The notes under the pieces: generated by a model
Databases searched by the model: none
Told to the model about the DNA's origin: nothing
What the model saw: the letters and a program-made list of their open reading frames with translations, nothing else
In this document: positions 46,301 to 61,300 of the stretch, in pieces
Layout: every line of letters starts with the position of its first letter
Position numbering within the stretch: position 1 is the first letter of the stretch
From: Akkermansia muciniphila
GTDB lineage: Bacteria > Verrucomicrobiota > Verrucomicrobiia > Limisphaerales > F1-80-MAGS106
Reading direction: 5' to 3'
DNA length: 64,000 nucleotides
Assembly (NCBI GenBank): GCA_945865375.1
Contig: CAMBEJ010000003.1
Coordinates: 9,862 to 73,861, forward strand
Program-made: the position numbers and the translations under genes

Positions 46301-49300
46301 CGTTGAGAGTGTTGTTGCTGACTCCTCCGATGAGTGTGGCAGCTTCGATTTCGATGATTGAATCGGTTTCACCACCGCCAAACACGAGCGAACTGTCAGT
46401 GAGCACCATGTTCGCATTACGTTCTTCCAACACCCGATCCACGAACGGTTTGCCGAATTGGTCGATGCCAACGCCGCCGTTCAGCACGTCATTTCCCTTG
46501 GCCCCAGTCAGGGTGTCGCTGCCTCTCAGACCCTCAATCTGGTTGACCAAATCGTTGCCTAGGAGCCGATCGTTGTTCTGGCCGCCGATAATGTTTTCGA
46601 AGACATCCCTAGCGGAGAGCCTCAGTTTGAGATTGATGTTGATGGTCTGCGCCAGTGCTGACCCGAGGTCCAAGGTGATTCCTAAACTTGTGGTTCCAGC
46701 GAAATCCAGGGTGTCAACACCTCCCGTGGTGGACTCTATGAGCAAGTCGCCCCCAACGTTGGAGAGTGGCGAGTCGGTGTCGAAGTAGTAGACATCGGCG
46801 CCATCCCGGCCTTGAAGGCTGTCATCACCGGCTCCACCAATCAGTTCATCAGGTCCATTGGTGCCTATTAAAGTATCGTTGCCACCGCGTCCATCCAACC
46901 GGGCTGTCCCCGTCGTGAAAGCAGCCGCATCCAGGAGGTTATCGCCTTCCCCACCCGTCAGTTCAACCCGTTCAATGGTTCCAAAATACGTATCCACTTC
47001 GCTCAACCCCACCTTCAGCTGCGAGTTGGTGAGTGTGAAATTGGCATCCCGTTCTTCAAAGATCGTATCGAGGCCATTCCCGGTGAGGCTGTCATTGCCC
47101 GAGCCACCCGATAGGAAGTTCTGACCAGAACCTCCGATCAGCGTATCGTTGCCGCCGCGCCCTTCCAACCGAACCTCGCCGCCAAAAGTCTGAGCATCCA
47201 GGGTGTTATCGCTGTCATCACCCACGAGGCTGACGTTCTCAAAGTCCGCGTAAGTGTCGGTTTCGCCGGCGGAGATCAAGGTGAGGGTAGTGTCGGTCAA
47301 GTTGAACCCGCCACCTCGTTCCTCGACAAGCGTGTCATTGCTGGTGTCCCCGGGCGGGCCGCCATCGACCTGGTCATTTCCTTCACCGCCGCGAATTCGG
47401 TTGTTCCGCTTGTTGCCGATCAGGACGTCGTTGCCAGTTCCTCCATAGAGATTTTCAATCCCTAGCGCGGAGGAGAGCGTGAGACTCAGATTCCCATTCA
47501 CCACCTGTGAGATCGTCTGGCCCAGGTCGAGCTTGAGTGCCAGCGTGGTGGTTTTAGAGAAGTCAACCCTGTCCTGATCTCGGAACGTCCCGAGGCTTAA
47601 GGATTCAACCACCCTATCGTGTCCCAAAATCGTGTCGGCATCGAAATAGTAGGTATCAGAACCAGGCCCTCCCCTCAAATCGTCATTGCCGCCCTTGCCC
47701 TCGAACTGATCATTCCCAAAACCCCCACTCAAAAGGTTGTCCAGACTGTTTCCACTCAGGACGTCATTTTGGTCTCCACCGATCGCATTCTCGATCACAT
47801 TGCCAGCAGGAAGGGTCAAAGAAAGTGTGGTTGTCACCTGCTGCAACAAAGTACTGCCGAGGTCAAGACTGATGGCGCGGCTGCTGGTTTGAGACAAATC
47901 GAGGGTGTCATTCCCGCCAAACGGTGAAGCGACCTCAATAATCAAATCGTTGCCGAGGTTCTTGTCGCCATCAAACAGGTAGCTATCATTCTCGCCACCG
48001 CCATTGAGAGTGTCATCGCCAACGCCGCCCTCGATGCGATCATTGCCGCCTTCTCCATACACCGTATCCGCGCCGGTGCCCGCCACCAAAACGTCATTGC
48101 CAACCCCGCCCAACAGCTGGGCAAGCCCGGCATTGCTGAAGTATCCGAAATCACCCAGGATGATGTCATCGCCATCCTGCCCGTAGATCGTATCGTCGTC
48201 GGGGCAAGGATTGTCAAAAATAAGCACGATCGCCTCAGGCAGGTTGCCATAAACCGGCCCTCCCGTTGGGTTTTTGAGGAATAATTTGAAATACTCGGGT
48301 GGCGTTTCGGTCAGAGCATCTTTCTTGATGGGTATGATGAAGGACAGTTCGTTCTCATCCACTCCGAAGCCGATTGTGCGCCTGCCAGGAACGCCTGCGG
48401 CACCGTTCTCCCAGATCCCGGTGTAATCAAGTCCGGATGTGGCCGTCACTCCCTGCGTCCAGTAAGTGCCCACAGGCTGCGTGCTGCCTGGCGTGCGAAG
48501 GATCGTGATCGTGGCGAAACCGTCTGTTTCCCGCACGCTGTAGACCAAGTGACTGAACTGGAGGCTCCACGGTCCTGCGGTGCCAGGCGCGACCGGGTGC
48601 AGTCCGGCATCGACGTTGCCCAGAGTCTGCCCGGCGGCGACCACGACTGGGTCCGTCAAGCCAGTAATGCCATTCGCATCGCTATCGCGGTCGTCGGTAC
48701 CCACATTGGCCGTCGCCAAGGTATAGCCGGCTGGCACTAGGAATTGGACCTGATAACTGCACGCAGCCAATTTTTCAAATTTATAGATTCCGACTGCGTC
48801 GGTATAGGTGATCCCCACCAAAACCCATTCCGAATCAAAGAGGTTAACCTGGACGTCTTTCACGCCAACCTCCGCGACAGCGCGTCGGTTGTCAGCGGGA
48901 TTGTTGTCAAGCCAGACACGCCCCGTAATCGTCGCGGGGGCGGGGATGGAAGCGGGGTCGACGTAGATTCGATTTCCATCCGGAAAGTCCGCCTGTTTCA
49001 AGGAGGCTGAGTAGGGTTTACCGGTGCAGCCGTATGCCGGCCCAAGCCAGTGCCCGCCAACCAGCCAGTCGTTGCCCGGGCCTCCATCCAATACATCGCT
49101 CCCTGGTCCGCCATAAACCACGTCATTGAAATAGGCCAACCCATTACCAGTCGAGGTATCCGGCTTTCCCTTTTTCGGCGGGGTCACAAACCCGAAATCG
49201 CGCAGTTTGAGGACGGTGGTGCTCACTTCGGCTATGAGCGGGTTGTTCCCCGTGGTCAGGGCGCTGTCAACCGGGGTTGTGCTCTCATCGACGGTGACCA

Positions 49301-52300
49301 CGAGCGTGCCGAGATAAACATTGGCCTTGTAGGAGCCGTCGGCCTCAGTCTTGACGGTGTACTCATTCTGGAAATCTTTGAGCTTCACGGTCACATTGGG
49401 CAAACCCCAGTCTGTGTCGGCGTCAAAGAACCCATCGTTATCAACGTCGTAGAACACCCGGCCGCTGACCAACGAAAAGTCGTTGTCGTAGATATAAGTC
49501 GTGTCCTGAAAGTAAACGATCTCGGCGTTGACCGGGTTGCTGATCATGCCAATCACGCTCTCAAGTCCCTCCGAGAGGCCGTCGTCAATAATGGGCACTT
49601 TCACCTGGAGAATCTTGGTGCCCGAGAACACCCCAAAGTTCAGCGTGCCCCCGGACGGAAGGAAGTCGAGAGGGGCGATCGCAGTCCCGTTGAGTGCGAT
49701 CCAATCTATTTTGACGGGGACCTCGGTTTTACCCTCTGCGATCACATCAAAAAGCAGGAACGCAGGATCAAAATCCCCCGGCGGCGGCACGGGATCTTCT
49801 TCAGAGTTCCCGTCGGGAAGATCGGGCCCCATGTTATTGACCGCGAAGATCTGCAGTGTCGGCAGCGGATCATCCTCCTGGATTGTGATTATGGTGGTCG
49901 GATTCAGCCCCCGCACAGGACCGCCTGTGGGGTTGAGCAGATTGAGAATGATCGTTTCATCCCCCTCATAGGCATCGTTGTCCACGATCGGGACCGTGAA
50001 CACTTTCGCGGTTTCTCCCACCTCGAAACGCACGAAGCCTCGAGGTCCGCTGGTTCCCTTTTCCCAGATACCCGTGTAATCCGAGCCTGCGGTGGCGGTT
50101 CCTCCAACACTCCAATACACCGCCACTGGCTCAGAGCTTCCTTCAGCCCTCACCAAGGTAATATCCAGGGAACCTTCCGATTCTTTGACCTCGTAATGCT
50201 TTCTCGCGAACTCGACATACCACGGGCCTGGATCTCCAGACTCATCGTTTTTAATCGTGATGACGGCGTGGTTCAAATCAGCGGCGATGACGTTCAGTCG
50301 ACCGTTGGTGGCACTCAATAAGTTAACAAAGAAGTACTCATCCGGCTCAAGGTGAGTGTCGCCTACCACCTCAAACTCGATGGCACTGTCCGTCGAGCCT
50401 TCCTTTATCGTCACGGTCTCGAATTTGTAGACGTAATCAGGCAACTGCCCGGTTGGCGCGGCATTCGATGCCGTTCCGGGCGACGTATTCCAATTGATGA
50501 CCACATCGCGACCACTGACCGCGCTCAAATGCACGTTCAGGGTCACGGGGGTGTTTCCAGCATGCCCTTCTAAGACGGTTTTGGTGATCGTTGGGAAAAA
50601 CTCAACAAATGGACGCGGATCATCATCCAGTATGCGGGCGGTCGCCACGGGCCGCACGACTTTGGCCGCATCCGAAGGCGTGCTCGGATCCAGCTGAATT
50701 CGAAGTTGGAACTGCTCATCATACTCGCTCAACGCATCTCCGAAAATCGGGATCACGACCGTCTTCTCAACTTCCCCGGAAGCGAAAGTCATCACTCCCG
50801 GCACGGTCTCCACAACAGCCGAATAGTCGAGGATTGGCCTGGCAGCGTCCACAACCCTGCGACCGCTCGAATCGACGACCTGCTGGGTCAAGTACTGGAT
50901 CTTGATGGGCTGCCAGCTCGGGTGGCTCAAGCGCACCACAAATGTCATCCCGGTGGCTTCGGGCACCGGGTTGATGAGGCTGAGCTGAACCCCATCCACG
51001 GCGCTGACTCCCGGGGCATCATCATCGTCGACAATGGTGCCAACGCCTTCCTTGTGCGCGGGGTCAAGCTCCGCATTCCACGGATCGTAAAGTTTCACTG
51101 TGAACGTCTGATCGGGTTCATCCATGAAATCACCGAGGATGGGAACTTCGATGCTTTTCTGGGTTTCTCCCGGTCTGAAAACCAACGTGTAGTCAACCGT
51201 GGAGTAGTCTGCGATATTCGTCGCCGTGCCCTTCACGGATTCATACGCCACGGTGATGATCTGGTCTGACACGCTCGTCAGCGTGACTGTAAACACCAGG
51301 AGTTGCTGACCTGTGTCCGCTTCGGTAATCGACGGGTTGTCGATCACGAGCAGAGGCTGGGTGCCTTTGACTCCCGCATCCCGCGAATAATCAATCTGTG
51401 CATCATTCAAGTGGAATGTTTCGGTCAAGCCAGTCCCCGTATTAACGTCGCTGTCGGCTTCGTCATCGGAACCTGTGTCTTTGTTGACGAAAGCCAAACC
51501 CGTCGGAAGTGTATAGCGGAGTTTGTAATCCCCGCCTTTGAGGCCAGTGAACTTAAACAAGCCACCCGTGTCAGTGGTGGTTTTTCCAACCACTGCATCC
51601 GTCGAATCCAACAGTTCGACTTTGATTCCTGGCACTCCCATTTCATGGCTGTCACGAACGTTATTTCTAATCCCATGAGCATCGAGGGAATCGAACCACA
51701 CCATGTTCCCGATATTGGCACCTGGGAAAGTCGTGAGGGCAGCGCTGTGGGCGTCGTCGGCGTAGATGATGTCATCCTGATCACCCCCATCGATGAAGTC
51801 CTGGGTATCGGTATCGGTATCTCCGGGTGTGGCCTTGCCGCTCACCAACAACGTTCCACCATACAGCGCATCTCGACCGCCCGCGCCAAAAAGCACATCC
51901 GTACCGGGGCCGCCAGCCAGCAAATCGTTGCCATTGCCATCGACGCCGGTGGCTTGAAGAAAGCTGACGATGGTTCCGTTGTCACCCAGAATGATGTCGT
52001 TACCTAACCCCCCGTCGATGTTGTCGTCGCCATCTCCGCCGACCAACCTGTCAGCGCCCAATCCACCGGTGATGGTGTCGTCCCCGGCACCGCCACTGAC
52101 GATGTCATCGCCTTCATCCCCGTCGATGGTATCGGCACCCTCGTTGCCCTCAATGACGTCATCTCCCAGCGAGCCGTAGAGTTTGTCATTTCCCGTCCCA
52201 CCCCACAAATGATCATTGCCAGCCCCCCCAAACAAGGTGTCGCTCCCGTCATCCCCATAAAGATTGTCATCGCCCTCCAGGCCCGTGAGCTCATCGCTCC

Positions 52301-55300
52301 CGGCTCCCCCGTGAAACTCATCGCCCCGGCCGTCGTATCCGTCAGCCACATCCTCGGCAGAAATAATGTCGTTGCCGTTATCTCCATCATAACGCCCGCC
52401 TCCACGACCCGCATAGAGTTTGTCGTTCCCATCGTCGCCATGAAGGCCTCGCTCCGGCTTTGAACTGTCCACGGGGGAGGTGACTGTCCTTAGATTGATG
52501 ACATCGTTTCCGGCACCGCCTCTGCCCCAAATCTTCTTCACCCCACGATAGGTCTGCTTGATCCCACCAAAGCTGACATCCACGGTTTCTCCCGCAGCGG
52601 TGTCTTCCACATGCACCACCTTGTAATTCTCGTTGCCGTCGGTGGTATCCCCTATTTCTCTTTCGTTGGCGTATTTGCCAATGTTAAGCCTCAGGCTTCC
52701 ACCTGCATCCGCCGCGTCGAGCTCATTTCCCGAGGCGTCCACGTAATCAGCCAATTTCGGCTCCGGACAGGTAATATCGAACTCCAGCAAAGTGATCTCG
52801 GCGAAGCGAAACGTGGCATCTATTTTGAAGAGGAGCAAATCGACGATCAAATAGGCTTCAAGGAATGCGGTGAACTTTCCGTGGATATCGAAGATGCAGC
52901 GAATATCCTTCTTCGCGTTGGCGACGATCTCCGAGATCCGCACTCGGCCATCGTCATCAGGATCGTTCAAATTGAAATCAACCTGCACCTCCAACCCTCC
53001 CCGAACTCCGGCTTCAGCGATCACAATATCAATCGAACCCGCTGCGTACAGTTGTCCAAAGAAGGAGAGCTCTGGAACATCCTTTCCGTCTTTATCGACA
53101 TCCTTGATATAAAAACCATCAAAGATGTCCAACGCGTTCTTGTCCTCGCTGCTAAAAAACTTCTGGATGCCAAAGGTGTCGTAGCCAATGGTCAGATCGG
53201 CGTAGGCTCCAATCTTCCCCCCGAACTTCACGTACAACGGGCCGATGATGGGGATCGCTATTTCAAATCCCGCCTGGAAGTCCAACACCGGGAGGTGATA
53301 TTCGAAGAGGCTGATGGGTTTGCCCAGAAAGAGTTTTGAGATTTCTCCAATCGACAGAAACGGCAGCGTGATGCCGATTTTTTCAAGATCATCCAGGAAG
53401 CTCAAGATGCCTCCCGAAACATTCTCTTTTCCCACGGCTTGTCCCGCGTTTGCCGGGGAGATTTGGGACCCGGTAACCCAGCCAGGAGCCACGATGAATT
53501 TCCCGACATCCCCAATGCCCACTGTGGCCCCGTCGACCTGGCCTGCTTTGCGTTGCAGATTGCCAAATTTGTCCATCTCAATGTCGAAACTCCCCAGAGG
53601 AAGGAGTATGGAGCCATCGTTCGCCACCGTGGAGTTCGCCAAGCGTATCACCACCACGAGCACATCGATGAACTCCCTTGTGCTCGGTGTGATCATGCCG
53701 AAGGCTTCGGCGAGGTCGAGCAGGCTGTAATCCCTTCCGGCTATATCAGAGATGATAGGGAGCGGCGCGGTGATGACATCGACAACAGGCTCCAACGGCC
53801 CCGTAATCTCCTTGAGCTCCTTGAAAATCGGACCCATGAACTGGGAGATAAAGGAGCCAATATCCAGCGATACGTTGTGGAATCCGAATGCCAACGAGCC
53901 TGCGCCGTCTCCTCCAAGCACCCACGACCATTTCAAATCGAACTCCGCCACAATTCTTGGGAAACGGGTGTCCCCGCCGAAACTCAGGCTCAGATCCAGG
54001 GCGAGGTTGGCTTCGGCTCCCAGCTTGGCTTCGATAAATTTGTCAAAGCTGAAAGCGCTGCTGGTCATGTCGCCTATCGTCAGCTTGTTTCCGCTGCCCA
54101 CGGGGTCCTTGAGATCGACCGAGAAATACCCCGTAAAACGAGAAGATTCGCGCGTCTCACCCACGAGGCTCTTGCCGTCGGATTCGTCGCTGACATCCAA
54201 CTGAAGGAACAGCAGTTGTCCTTTGGCCTTCAAACCGGGGATCGTCACGTTGAAGTCCAGCCGCAACTCCTCCGGATCCGAGGTGTCAAAATAAAATCCG
54301 TCGGTGGCGCTCACCACGAACTTCAGCTTAAGATCGAACCCCGCTTCGATCTTCACGTTGCCATCCACGCTCAACCCCAAGCCCGGAATGCCGATGTCGA
54401 AATCAATGGGGTTGCTGCTCGTGTCGAGCAGTTTGGCTGCTTTCTTAAGTCGGATATTGAACTTGACCGCGTTGCCCACGCATTGGATGTCCACTTGGTC
54501 GACATTTGTAATGGGGGATCCGTCGACTCCGGCCAGGATGTCCAACCCAGGAGTTCCCAGGGCGTTGAAAATTGCCTGTTTTGCAAGCGAGATGGGATCC
54601 CCTCCTTCAGCCAACGTCTGGCGGAACTCCGCCAGCAGCCCGGTCCTGAACTCCATGATGAAGTCGGCGGCTTTCCCAAACTGGCCCCCTACCAAAGGCA
54701 TGTTGCGTGACAGTTTGCTCCCCAAACCGTCCTGAATGACGCCGAGAAGGGCGTCCAGTCCATCCACCAAAATGTCGGGGTTCGCAATCAGGTCGCACGC
54801 ATTGATGTCGTCAAAAAGGCTGGAGATATCAGGCGCGCGGACCAAGACCAAGCTGGTATCGCCAGAGAACAACTTGTCCAACGGCCCCGACTGGAACACC
54901 AACCAGTTGTCAGGTTCGTTGCCCGCGTCAGGACCATCGGTGGCACCGCCAATTGGGAGGCTGTCCAACGCAAACAGAGGAAGATTCGCGCTCGCCGCGC
55001 CCGTGAGGGTCATCCCGATATTGTCGGAATCGAAGAACTTTTCACCGCTCCTGAAGTAGTGTCTCCCGTCCCCATTGTTGTCCTTAAACCCGACGGCAAA
55101 CGTGGCGCTGTCCGTGGTGGTGGGGTCGCCGTCCTTGTCGAGGGTGACCGTCCCATTCTTGACCGAGACCTTCAGGCTGCCGATGCCGGCCGAAAGGTTT
55201 ACGCCTGTGGCCCTCACGGCGGCGGAGAGAGTCATGGCGGTGGTGTCGTAGAGAAAAGGAATAAGGTTGCACCCACCGCTCAGATCCAAACCGAAGTCCA

Positions 55301-58300
55301 AATCGAGCGTGGCGCTCGCGGTCACATTCAGTTTGGCATCGCCTTCCACTTGGATGATCTGGCTCACTCCTTCCAAGAGGGCGCGAGCCGGGTGACCTGG
55401 GGGGAGAAGATTGACTATCTCACCCAAGCTGAACTGCAACGGCAACGTGTTCCCGTAGGAGAGCCCAAATTGCAAATGAAACTTCAGCGCCGTCTCGGTG
55501 ATTGTGTTCGACCCATTGTTCGTGGGCCCGTCACCCACAGGCCCAGCGCTGGTGTCGAGGGACGCGGTGAATGGGCTGGTGGCGCTGCTATTGACCTTGA
55601 GGCGGACCGTCTCCGCCTTGGTATAGGTTGCGTTGTAATGGATCGTCAGCGTTTTCTTGACCGCATCGGCGAGGACATCCGCAGCATCAGTTCCGCTAGG
55701 CAACGAACCGTCATCGTCATAAACAATTTTCCACTGGTTGAACTCAGTCCCTGTGTTCTTGGCGGTGAACAACAACGCATTTTTCGCCCCGGAAGGATTA
55801 AACCAAGCGACGGCTCTCACGGCGGCGGAGCCACCTGCAGGCCCAGACTTTCGCGCATCATCCAGCGTGATTGAGAACTTGCTCGGGCTCAGGCCCAAGA
55901 AGTTCTCGATATCCGTTTCCAACTGCGTAATGGCCGCGCCATCGCCCTGCGAAAGCTTCTTGAACAGCCTGGAAAGATCCCCGGCAAAATCCAGAACATC
56001 GCTGACGCTCACGTTGACTAGCGGCAGTGGTTCACTGAGAAATGAGAACGCCTTGAGCCCTTCCAGCTCGTCGCTCAACGAGTCGAGAATGGCGACGACA
56101 TCCAGGAAGGTCGTGCAGCGGAAATCTCCAAACGAGCCGATCGCAGGGAAGGTGACGAAGACACCCTTTTTATTGGTCGCGACGTCGTAGGGGTCTGGGT
56201 TGAAGTGGATGTCATGGAAGTCCGGAACGAAAATCCCGAGCTGCGACCCCGCCGGTATGAGAGGGTTGCCAGAAGCCGTGGGCAGATCGGGAAGCACTTT
56301 GATGTTCTTGAGCTGGATATCGACGAAACCGCTCGTCTGTGTGTCTGGGGTCACATAACTTCCCAAATCGTTCATGTGCCTCAGCAGGACATCCAAGTCC
56401 AACCTGGTCGGATGGAGAGGGTCCGCAGCATGAGGGTTGCTCAGTTTAAGCGTCACCGAAAGGGCTCCGCTGGCGGTCCCACCGCTGGTCGAAATCTCAA
56501 AAATCGCAAACCTCGCCTTGGCTTTCAGATTATTGGCAGCCACCGCAAGCGTCCCTCCCAGATTCACATTCTCGAGGAACATCCCCCAACTCCCTGACCG
56601 GGCGGGGATCACGTTATTGAACCCCAACTCCGTCACGATGGGATCGTTGTTGGCCGATTCAATGGCGATGGAGCCGACCTTTCCGAGCCAACTATCTAGC
56701 TTCAGGTTGTTCTTGAAGAGGGGGTCATCAATCAGGACGTCTTCGTTCACATCGAGACGTCCGTCCGCATCCAGGTCTTCCGCAGCATCCAGGACGTGGT
56801 TGCCATTTGTGTCCTCGTTCACTTTGTCCAATTTGCCGTCAGCGTCGAGATCCTCGTTCACCGCCTCCAAAATGAGACCGGGGCCTGAAGTCGTAGCCGT
56901 GAAGTGAATAACTTGTCGCAACGGCGTTCCCCGGAAATCTGCCGCCCCCGCCAACAGACCGTTCAGATCGTTGATCAACTCCTGGAGGCTTGCCCGCGTT
57001 TTCTTGGGCAGCAAAAACCCAGCCCGATATTCCCCGTCGTTTAGATTGATCCCGAAGGTGGCCACCGCAGTGGTGCTGCCGCTCGACGGCGGCGGCAAAG
57101 TTGGCGAAGTTATTAACTTTGGAGCTGTGGCGTCCTTCAGGTCCACACCGATCGTCAAGGCCACGCTGGCGTCGCCGGTGATGGTGAAGATCCCGCTGGC
57201 TGAGACATCAGCCAAGTCTCCCAATCCAATATCGGAGTCATACTGGAACGGAGTCGTCTTGATGACGTGGTACCCGAAGCTAAGATCCAAGGCAAACGTC
57301 TTGTTCGCGATGTCCACCCTGGGATTGATATCGAATGGCGCGATGGCTTTTTTCAACTCGGCAACCACTTGCTGCAACGAAGGGAATTTAGGCAGTGACA
57401 TCCCTCCGTCGTCCCGCGTGAATCCGATTTCGGTGAAGGCCGGATTGGAGGCCTCACCCGTGATCTTTAGGCTTCCGCCAGCGATGAGTCTCAAGGCGAT
57501 TTGGGGCCCCTTCAAAAACGCCTGCGCCTTGCCGGCCAACCCGGCCGCCGTCAACGCTTCATTGATGTCCTTTACCAGGTCCGCGAGGGTGTTGTTTTTG
57601 TCAGCTCCGGTGTCCGTGCTGGCTTTTGTCACGGTCACAGTTTTGGCCGGCGCATTATCGATGGTCAGGGCGAAGACTGCATTGGCCGTGAGTTGCCCTT
57701 GAGCCAATTTACCGGTGGCATTGCCGTTGCCCGTGCTCGCCACAATCTGGATGTCCACGAGTTTGGCAAAGATCTTGTCGAGGAAGGCTCCAGAGAAGTC
57801 AAAAGAAGCTCCGACATCGAGGCCAGATCCAAACGGCAGCTCCAAACCCAGCATGGCGCTGCCGCTGAGTCCGCCGAGCCCGTTGATCGTCCGTTTCAGC
57901 TCTGAATAAAGGTCATCAATTCGAAAGTTAAGCAACCGATACAAGATTTCCGCAGGGCCTCCCACCGGCTTCACCGTCACCTTGAGTGGATCGTTAATTT
58001 CCGGCCAAATGAGCTGGACGGTGGCCAGGGGGAAATCGAAAAGGGGCGGTCCGCCGGGCTCCATGGCGGCGACCCGAATTCCCATCTGGAGAACCAGATC
58101 GTCCGCCAACGCGTCCGTCGCCAGACCGATGTTGAAGAAGGATACAGGGTTGTTGAGGAACTCGTAGAGGCGGATCTTCCCATCGCTCACATGGCCAAAA
58201 GGATCAACAGGCTCGGTGATGTCGATCTTGATTCCGACTCCGCTGGCCAAGTTGATGGTGGCGTTTTCAAGCGTCACGGCGAGCAGTCCGAAATTTCCTG

Positions 58301-61300
58301 ACGCCGTCAACGATCCGTTGACTTTCAGGTTCCGAAGCGTGAACTCGGGGAGGGCGGATGCGTCGGTCGCCACGTAGAACCCGCGTGCGTCGGCTCCCAT
58401 CTTGAGCATGAAATCGAAATCCGCAGACATCTCCAGATTACCATGAATTCTCAGCAAACCTCCCAACAAATCCAGGTTGATAGGCACCTCGAACGCGACG
58501 TTTCTTCGGAAGGGCTTGGCGGGGTTGCTGAGGTCCCCAAGGATCAGCTCGTTGGGGTCGTCATCGACCGTGACATTGGAAGGGATGTTATCCAACGATT
58601 CCAAGACCGCCTGGAAGTCGCTCGCGGAATTGATAAGCGTCCCCAGATCCGCCGGTCGAAATTTGCTGCCAGATTCAAAAAGCCGACGCCATAAGGAGTT
58701 GGTATCCCCGCCACTCCCTCCAGGCACAGGAGCGCCTGGGCCGCCGGAAGGAAATCCAATCGGGTTTTTCTTAGCGAAATCCGCCCCGTTTAATCCGCTC
58801 CCCAGGGCATCTCCAATCACCGGCAAATCAGGGCTCAGCGCATCCCCTATCGCTCCGAAAAACCCGGTGATGCTGTCCCAGATATTTCTCCAGAACGATA
58901 CGAAATCCTCGAAGGATGTCGTGTCATTGAAAGTCTCGACATGACGAGCGTAGACTTTCTGCAACCCTAGCTGCCGTATTTCGATCTCTCCTTCAGTGGC
59001 CACTTCCAGCTTGCTGGCGGCTGGGCCTTGGAAGTCTAATTCATCTCCCGGTGCGGCAGCGATTTGGTCTCCCCCATCAAATTCTATTCCCCCGGGAACC
59101 ACGATCTCACCGTGGACGCTATCGAGGATCAGTTTGTCGTTCCCGCCGCCTGTGTGAATCGAAATACGCCGAACGGTCGAAAGCATCACCGACTCCAAAA
59201 GGACCTCATCCACCAGGATCTCGAGTTCGGCAGGAGCCGCAGCAGCCTCCTTTAACCGAAGTTTTACGATGTCATTCCCAGCGCCCGTTTCGATTCTGAG
59301 CACCACGTCATGCACCAACAACCGGCTGATATTCGATAGACTCCAGGCACCTCGTCCTTGGGTTCCGGCCACCAAAATGTCATCCACCGCATCGTAAACC
59401 AAATCAGGGACCGACACATTCGGCATATCCTCACCCAACCTCGACCAGTCGACCAAGCCGAGAGCTACTAATCCCAAATCATCGGCGCTGGTCCAATAAA
59501 CACCGTTATGTGTGCCCGCAGCAATGTAAAGGTTTTCGCCGCTCCGCCAAACCTCCACCGCCTCGAATCCCCCTGTGATCGTTTTTAGATTAGCGGTGGC
59601 ATCTCTGACTGTCAGCGAACCGTTGTCCTCCACTCGAACGTACCATATATGGTTTCTGTCCACGGCAAAAGCGCTGCGCCAATCATTAGGATCCAAGGCG
59701 ATGCTCGTGATCGCACCCGATCCAGGTGCCGTCACGCTTTGGAACTTGGCACCGTCGTCTGAACTCACGGAGATCATCGCCCCGCGAGCCACGTAGATGA
59801 TTCCCGGTTCGTCGGTATTGCTCTCACGCCCGCCGTAAGCCAAGGCGGTCACATCCCGGTTATTTGACGCCAGCGCCGTGAGGACTCGGATCTCATTTCC
59901 TTCGTCCGTGCTCACATACACCATCGTGCGCCCCATGAGCAGCCATTTCTGGTTGATTGCGTTGACCACAAACGGGATGTTTTGGAAACCTTTGAAACCG
60001 CGATCCGTGGCAGCCGTCCCCCCCACTTGCTGAGCATTGTCCAATCCGCTGTTGTTGGCCGCGTTGGATATTGATTTGAGGGTCAAAGTCGTGGCATCGC
60101 TGAAATCATCGGCATCGGAAGGATCGGTAAAGCGTCGCAAAAAAAAGCCGTTGAAATTGTTCGACATGAAGAAGCGCGTGCTCGTCGTACCATCGTAACC
60201 GACCCCCACGTTGTTCCCGTCGCCTCCCGTGAGCGAGTCCCATACCTGGCCACCAGCGGTCTGGCGCACGACCCCGACATCCTGAGTACCCGCGAAGATC
60301 GAGTTGGTGTTATGGTCGTAGGCGACGGAGTGAGCGATCTCAGTCACTCGCAATCCTTGGCCGATGAATTGCCATTTGGGAGCGGGATTGTCCGCTCGTG
60401 GATTGCTCAACCGGTAAGGTCCGCCGTCACTGACCAATGATAGGTCATTTTTGTTAATGGAAAAAACCAGTCCCCTGACGTCACCATGAGGTGCTGACGT
60501 GTTGGCTCCTGGACCGCTGCCATCATCGCTGGTGATGGGCGACCAAGTCGAGGCGTTGCTGTCCCAACGATAGGCTGTGGCCACATACGGGTTAGTGGAG
60601 TAAATGGCGCCTGCGATGTAGACCCTGTCATCACTCAACGGGTCAGCCGCAATCGCGAAGTGCTTGTCACCCTGTCCCGTAGGATTCGTCTGGGGAACAT
60701 CAGACGATGTGGCGCTGGGGAATTTACCTAAGGGGAGCCACGCTCCACCTTGATTTATGGAACGGAAAACCCCTGCAAGCATCGGGCTGTTGGCCTTCGA
60801 GGGGTTTGGACCAATGATGGCCACATACACGGACTTGGTCCCCAACCCGCTCACCGCCAATCGAATTCGGCTGGCCGCGTCGACGGTCTCACCTGCTTCC
60901 GAAGCGACTCCGTCGTTGTCGTAGTCGGGGGTCAGTCCAGCGGTCACATTAGCCCAGGAAATGGAGGCGACCAAGGGTGCATTGGCATTATCCGCCCGGA
61001 AAACGCCCTTCACTCCGGGAGCGCCCAGGACACTCGCAGAGCTGATGGCCACATAAAACCGGCCAGCGCTCCCAGGTTCCTCTGCCACATCGGACACATC
61101 AAACTCGGGCAACGCGGGGGTGCCAATTCCAGACAAACGATCCCAACGCTCCCCGTCATCAAGAGACCGATACAAGCCCCCTCGCCCAGGAACGGAAGCC
61201 GAACTGGATACTTGGTCAAACGTGGATACCAAAACCAAGCCTGCCGTCGTTGAGGAAGGCACTATTCGGGTGATCCTCAGCCCATCGAAACTGCCGACCT

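Noticed and set aside
43828-54710. Long plus-strand ORFs inside the giant gene (e.g. 43828..44706 292 aa, 46168..46788 206 aa, 49050..50321 423 aa, 53439..54710 423 aa, 55059..55874 271 aa).
   Set aside because: They are antisense to a continuous 19-kb ORF with clear domain content. Their translations are low-complexity (Ser/Pro/Arg-rich), as expected from reading GC-rich RTX/Calx-beta codons on the opposite strand, and carry no recognisable motifs.
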